This document shows positions 15,626-18,664 of a stretch of 18,664 nucleotides of DNA, in pieces. Location of the stretch: NCBI GenBank assembly GCA_036351155.1, contig JAZBOO010000042.1, forward strand, positions 1 to 18,664, in the 5' to 3' direction. This stretch comes from Candidatus Krumholzibacteriia bacterium. GTDB lineage: Bacteria; Krumholzibacteriota; Krumholzibacteriia; LZORAL124-64-63. Numbering within the stretch: position 1 is the first letter of the stretch; each line of letters starts with the position of its first letter. The notes under the pieces are model-generated. The model did not search any database. It saw only the letters and a list, made by a program, of their open reading frames with translations, and had not been told where the DNA came from. Both the position numbers and the translations under genes were made by a program.

Positions 15626-17844
15626 CACACTGCACCTCCGGGACTGTTGAGAATCAACAGGCCAATCTGATGGACGGCAAAGGTCACGATCCAGGCCAGT
15701 GCGGTGAGGCCCCAGCTCTGGGCCAGGGCCCAGCCCAGGTTGCCGGCTTCCTGACGCGTGATGGCAAAGGTGGCGATGCACGGGGTCGAGACCAGCGCGA
15801 AGAGCATGATACAGAAGCCCACCAGGGGTGAGTAGCGGGCGCGCAGCTGGGAGCGCAGGTCCTCGGACTCCTCGTCGGCCTCACCCACGGCAAACACGAT
15901 TCCCATCTGGGCCACGAACACTTCCTTGGCGGCCACCGCACCAATCAAGGCCGTGCCGATGCGCCAGTCAAAACCCAGCGGCTTGAGCACCGGCTCGAGC
16001 AGGCGGCCCGCCCGTCCGGCCATGCTGTAGGACAGTTCGGCGGCCTGGATCTGGCCCTCGTCGGTCATCTCGGCCATGCTCAGGGCCGGCGTGGCCACCG
16101 AGCCCACCTGGTCGAAGCCCACCGGCGGCACGTAATCGGCGGGAGGCTTGGGGTAAAACGTCAGGAACCACAGAATGACCGCCGCGCCCAGGATGACCGT
16201 GCCGGCCTTCTGGACGTACAGCCAGGCGCGGGTCCACATCTGCATGAGCAGGCTGCGCACCGTGGGCATGCGGTAGGCGGGCAGCTCCATGAGGAAGGGC
16301 GTGGTTTCGCCGCGGAAGAGGGTGGCGCGCAGCAGACGGGCAGCCGCCAGGGCCAGGACTATGCCCACCACGTACAGGATCCACAGCACAGGGCCCTGCC
16401 ACCTGGGTGCAAAAAACGCGGGAATCATCAAGGCGTAGATGGGGAGGCGCGCGCCGCAGCTCATCAACGGCAAGACCATGATGGTGATCAGCCGGTCGCG
16501 CCGCGTTTCCAGGGTGCGCGTGGCCATGATGGCCGGCACCGTGCAGCCGAAGCCGATCAGCAAGGGGATGAAGCTCTTCCCGTGCAGGCCCACCTTGCTC
16601 ATGAAACGGTCCATGACGAAGGCCGCCCGGGCCATGTAGCCCGTACCTTCCAGCACGGCGATGGCCATGAACAGCAGCACGATGTTGGGCAGGAACACGA
16701 TGACCCCGCCCACACCGCCGATGATCCCCTCGACCAGCAGCGAGCGCAGAGGGCTGGTGCTGTCGGGACTCCACAATCCATTGAGGGTGGCGCCCATCCA
16801 GGAGAAGCCGGCTTCGATGACGTTCATCAGCGGGTTGCCCAGGCTGAAGGTCAGCGTGAACACCATATACATGAGACTCAGGAAAATAGGCACGCCCCAC
16901 ACCGGGTGCATGACCACGCGGTCGATGCGGTCGCTGACGTTGGCCCGCGCGGGACTGGTCCGGCGGGTGCTGGCCTGCACGATGGTGCCGATATGCTCGT
17001 AGCGCCGGCGAGCCAGAAGGGTGTCGAGCTCATCTTCGTGGCCCTCTGTGCGGCCATTCCGCTCGTACTCCGAGACCAGCGCCTCGACCGCCGCCCGAGC
17101 ATTGCTGTCGGGCACCTCGTTCACCGCTTCGGGGTCGGCGTCCAGCAGCTTGATGGCCAGCCACCGCTGGTACGGAGTGTCGGGCAGGTGCTCGGCAATG
17201 CGGTGGAGCATGTTTTCGATGTCGGGCCCGAAGTGCACGGTCAACGATTCGTGATTTGCATCCACGTTGGCCAGCGAGGCAGGCCCGGGACCCATCTGCC
17301 GGCACACGTTGGCCGGACCGGGCAAGTTGGCGATGTGGGCCTTGGTCTCGGCGATGGCCTCGAGGATTTCCTCCATGCCCACCCCCTTGTTCCCCACCGC
17401 GGGCACCACCGGGGCACCCAGGCGGCGTGCCAGGGCCGCCGTGTCGATGCTCAGTCCCTGGTCCTTGGCCACATCGCTCATGTTGAGCACCACCACCAGG
17501 TGGATGCCCAGCTCCATCAGCTCGCTGGTCAGAAAGAGATTGCGTTCCAGGTTGGAGGCGTCGACCACGTTGACGATCACGTCGGGGCTGTGGTGCAGCA
17601 GATAATCGCGGGCCACCAGCTCCTCTTCGGAGTAGGCGGTCAGGCTGTAGGTGCCGGGCAGGTCCACCAGCTTCAGGTCCAGGTCGCCGCGCTTGAGCGA
17701 CCCTTCCTTCCATTCCACCGTGACGCCGGGGTAGTTACCCACGCGCTGATGAGCACCGGTCAGCTGATTGAAAATGGTGGTCTTGCCGGCGTTGGGATTG
17801 CCGGCCACCGCCGCGGTGATGGTCCTGGTCCGGGTATCGGTCAC
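15625..17844 (-). CDS. feoB: Ferrous iron transport protein B
   Basis: G1 GNPNAGKT, G2 NYPGVTVE, G3 DLPGTYSL and G4 NMSD; membrane domain with GYMARAAF, GFGCTVPAIMATR, MSCGARLP, FLMELPAY, AKEVFV and PCIAT. Confidence 0.97.
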   Translation of the reverse strand: MTDTRTRTITAAVAGNPNAGKTTIFNQLTGAHQRVGNYPGVTVEWKEGSLKRGDLDLKLVDLPGTYSLTAYSEEELVARDYLLHHSPDVIVNVVDASNLERNLFLTSELMELGIHLVVVLNMSDVAKDQGLSIDTAALARRLGAPVVPAVGNKGVGMEEILEAIAETKAHIANLPGPANVCRQMGPGPASLANVDANHESLTVHFGPDIENMLHRIAEHLPDTPYQRWLAIKLLDADPEAVNEVPDSNARAAVEALVSEYERNGRTEGHEDELDTLLARRRYEHIGTIVQASTRRTSPARANVSDRIDRVVMHPVWGVPIFLSLMYMVFTLTFSLGNPLMNVIEAGFSWMGATLNGLWSPDSTSPLRSLLVEGIIGGVGGVIVFLPNIVLLFMAIAVLEGTGYMARAAFVMDRFMSKVGLHGKSFIPLLIGFGCTVPAIMATRTLETRRDRLITIMVLPLMSCGARLPIYALMIPAFFAPRWQGPVLWILYVVGIVLALAAARLLRATLFRGETTPFLMELPAYRMPTVRSLLMQMWTRAWLYVQKAGTVILGAAVILWFLTFYPKPPADYVPPVGFDQVGSVATPALSMAEMTDEGQIQAAELSYSMAGRAGRLLEPVLKPLGFDWRIGTALIGAVAAKEVFVAQMGIVFAVGEADEESEDLRSQLRARYSPLVGFCIMLFALVSTPCIATFAITRQEAGNLGWALAQSWGLTALAWIVTFAVHQIGLLILNSPGGAV

Positions 17845-17849
17845 GGGAG

Positions 17850-18065
17850 CTACTCGACTTCGATGCGCGCGGCCATGCCACGCCCGATGACGATCCGACT
17901 GCCCCGCACCGAAACCACGAAAGGTCCGTGTCCCGAATTCTGTACCACTTCCAGCTCGGTCCCCGGCAACAGCCCCAGCGCGGCCAGGCGGCCACGCAGC
18001 TGACGCCCGCCGGTGATCTTCTTGAGAATGGCCCGACGGCCCTCGTTGATCATGGACAGTGGCAT
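17850..18065 (-). CDS. feoA: Ferrous iron transport protein A
   Basis: 71 aa from ATG 18065: MPLSMINEGRRAILKKITGG...RLAALGLLPGTELEVVQNSGHGPFVVSVRGSRIVIGRGMAARIEVE, a FeoA SH3-like pattern directly upstream of feoB. Confidence 0.93.
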   Translation of the reverse strand: MPLSMINEGRRAILKKITGGRQLRGRLAALGLLPGTELEVVQNSGHGPFVVSVRGSRIVIGRGMAARIEVE

Positions 18066-18066
18066 G

Positions 18067-18615
18067 CTAGCCCTCGGTCTTTCGTTGCTGGGGCAGGTGG
18101 TGAGGGGGCAGGTGGAGGTCGTGGCCGCAGCCATCACGACCGCAGGTTTCTCGGCGTGTTCCCTTTTCCTGGCGCTCGCCGCAGAAGAATCCGATCTCCT
18201 CATCCCAGTGGACCTCGTTCATGGGGCAAGTTTCGAAGTACTCGACGAATTTCACCAGACGGTCCAGAATCGTGCGGCTGGTGGCGTGTTCCATGCGGCA
18301 GGCTTCGGCGTCGGCCTCGCTGGGGTCCAGGCCCAGGACCTTGATCAGGAAATCGCGCAGCGTCTCGTGGCGACGCACCACGTCCAGGGCAATGGTTTCG
18401 CCCGCGCTGGTCAAGGTGATGACCTCGTAGGGCGCATAGTTGACCAGCTTCTTCTCCGACAGCAGCCGCAAAGCCTGGGTGACCGATGAGTTGTTCACCC
18501 CCATGGCCTGCACGATGTCCTTGGCCCGGGCCGCACCCTTGGCCTGGGCGGTGTGGTAGATGGCCTCGAGGTAATCCTCCAGGCTTGCGCTCACCGTGCT
18601 CTGGTTGGCCATCAT
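18067..18615 (-). CDS. DtxR/MntR-family metal-dependent transcriptional regulator
   Basis: SLEDYLEAIY, winged HTH ARAKDIV...SSVTQALRLL...YEVITLT, RRHETLRDFL and EACRMEH metal-site motifs. GAGGTGA RBS; ends 1 nt before the feoA start. Confidence 0.93.
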   Translation of the reverse strand: MMANQSTVSASLEDYLEAIYHTAQAKGAARAKDIVQAMGVNNSSVTQALRLLSEKKLVNYAPYEVITLTSAGETIALDVVRRHETLRDFLIKVLGLDPSEADAEACRMEHATSRTILDRLVKFVEYFETCPMNEVHWDEEIGFFCGERQEKGTRRETCGRDGCGHDLHLPPHHLPQQRKTEG

Positions 18616-18664
18616 TTTCTCTTCACCTCAACCTGGCTGGGTCCCTGTCAGGGGAATCGGGCCG

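Noticed and set aside
13938..18489. Long plus-strand ORFs (13938-15275, 16582-18003, 18013-18489)
   Set aside because: Antisense shadows of the kinase, feoB and DtxR genes.

Overview
GC-rich bacterial window, mostly minus-strand genes. From left to right: (i) a hydrogen-signalling and maturation operon, read as [FeFe]-hydrogenase-like sensor fused to a histidine kinase -> REC-histidine kinase -> hydG -> hydF (running off the left edge), with a candidate sigma70 promoter and a Rex-like operator; (ii) a LolA-like exported protein and a large VPS10/BNR beta-propeller protein, separated by a 182-bp fold-back palindromic element, preceded by an exact TGAAAC-N16-CGTA ECF-type promoter match and followed by an intrinsic terminator; (iii) a metallophosphoesterase divergent from a lipoprotein amidase; (iv) a stand-alone HNH endonuclease cassette between two convergent genes; (v) a PAS hybrid kinase with a degenerate Hpt domain; (vi) a DtxR/MntR-feoA-feoB-small Cys-rich protein iron-uptake operon. 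The HNH cassette is the most unusual item: it carries the same 20-bp palindrome upstream of its promoter and again inside its own coding sequence, and it lacks a nearby stop codon. All calls come from reading the sequence and recognising motifs; no database search was run.
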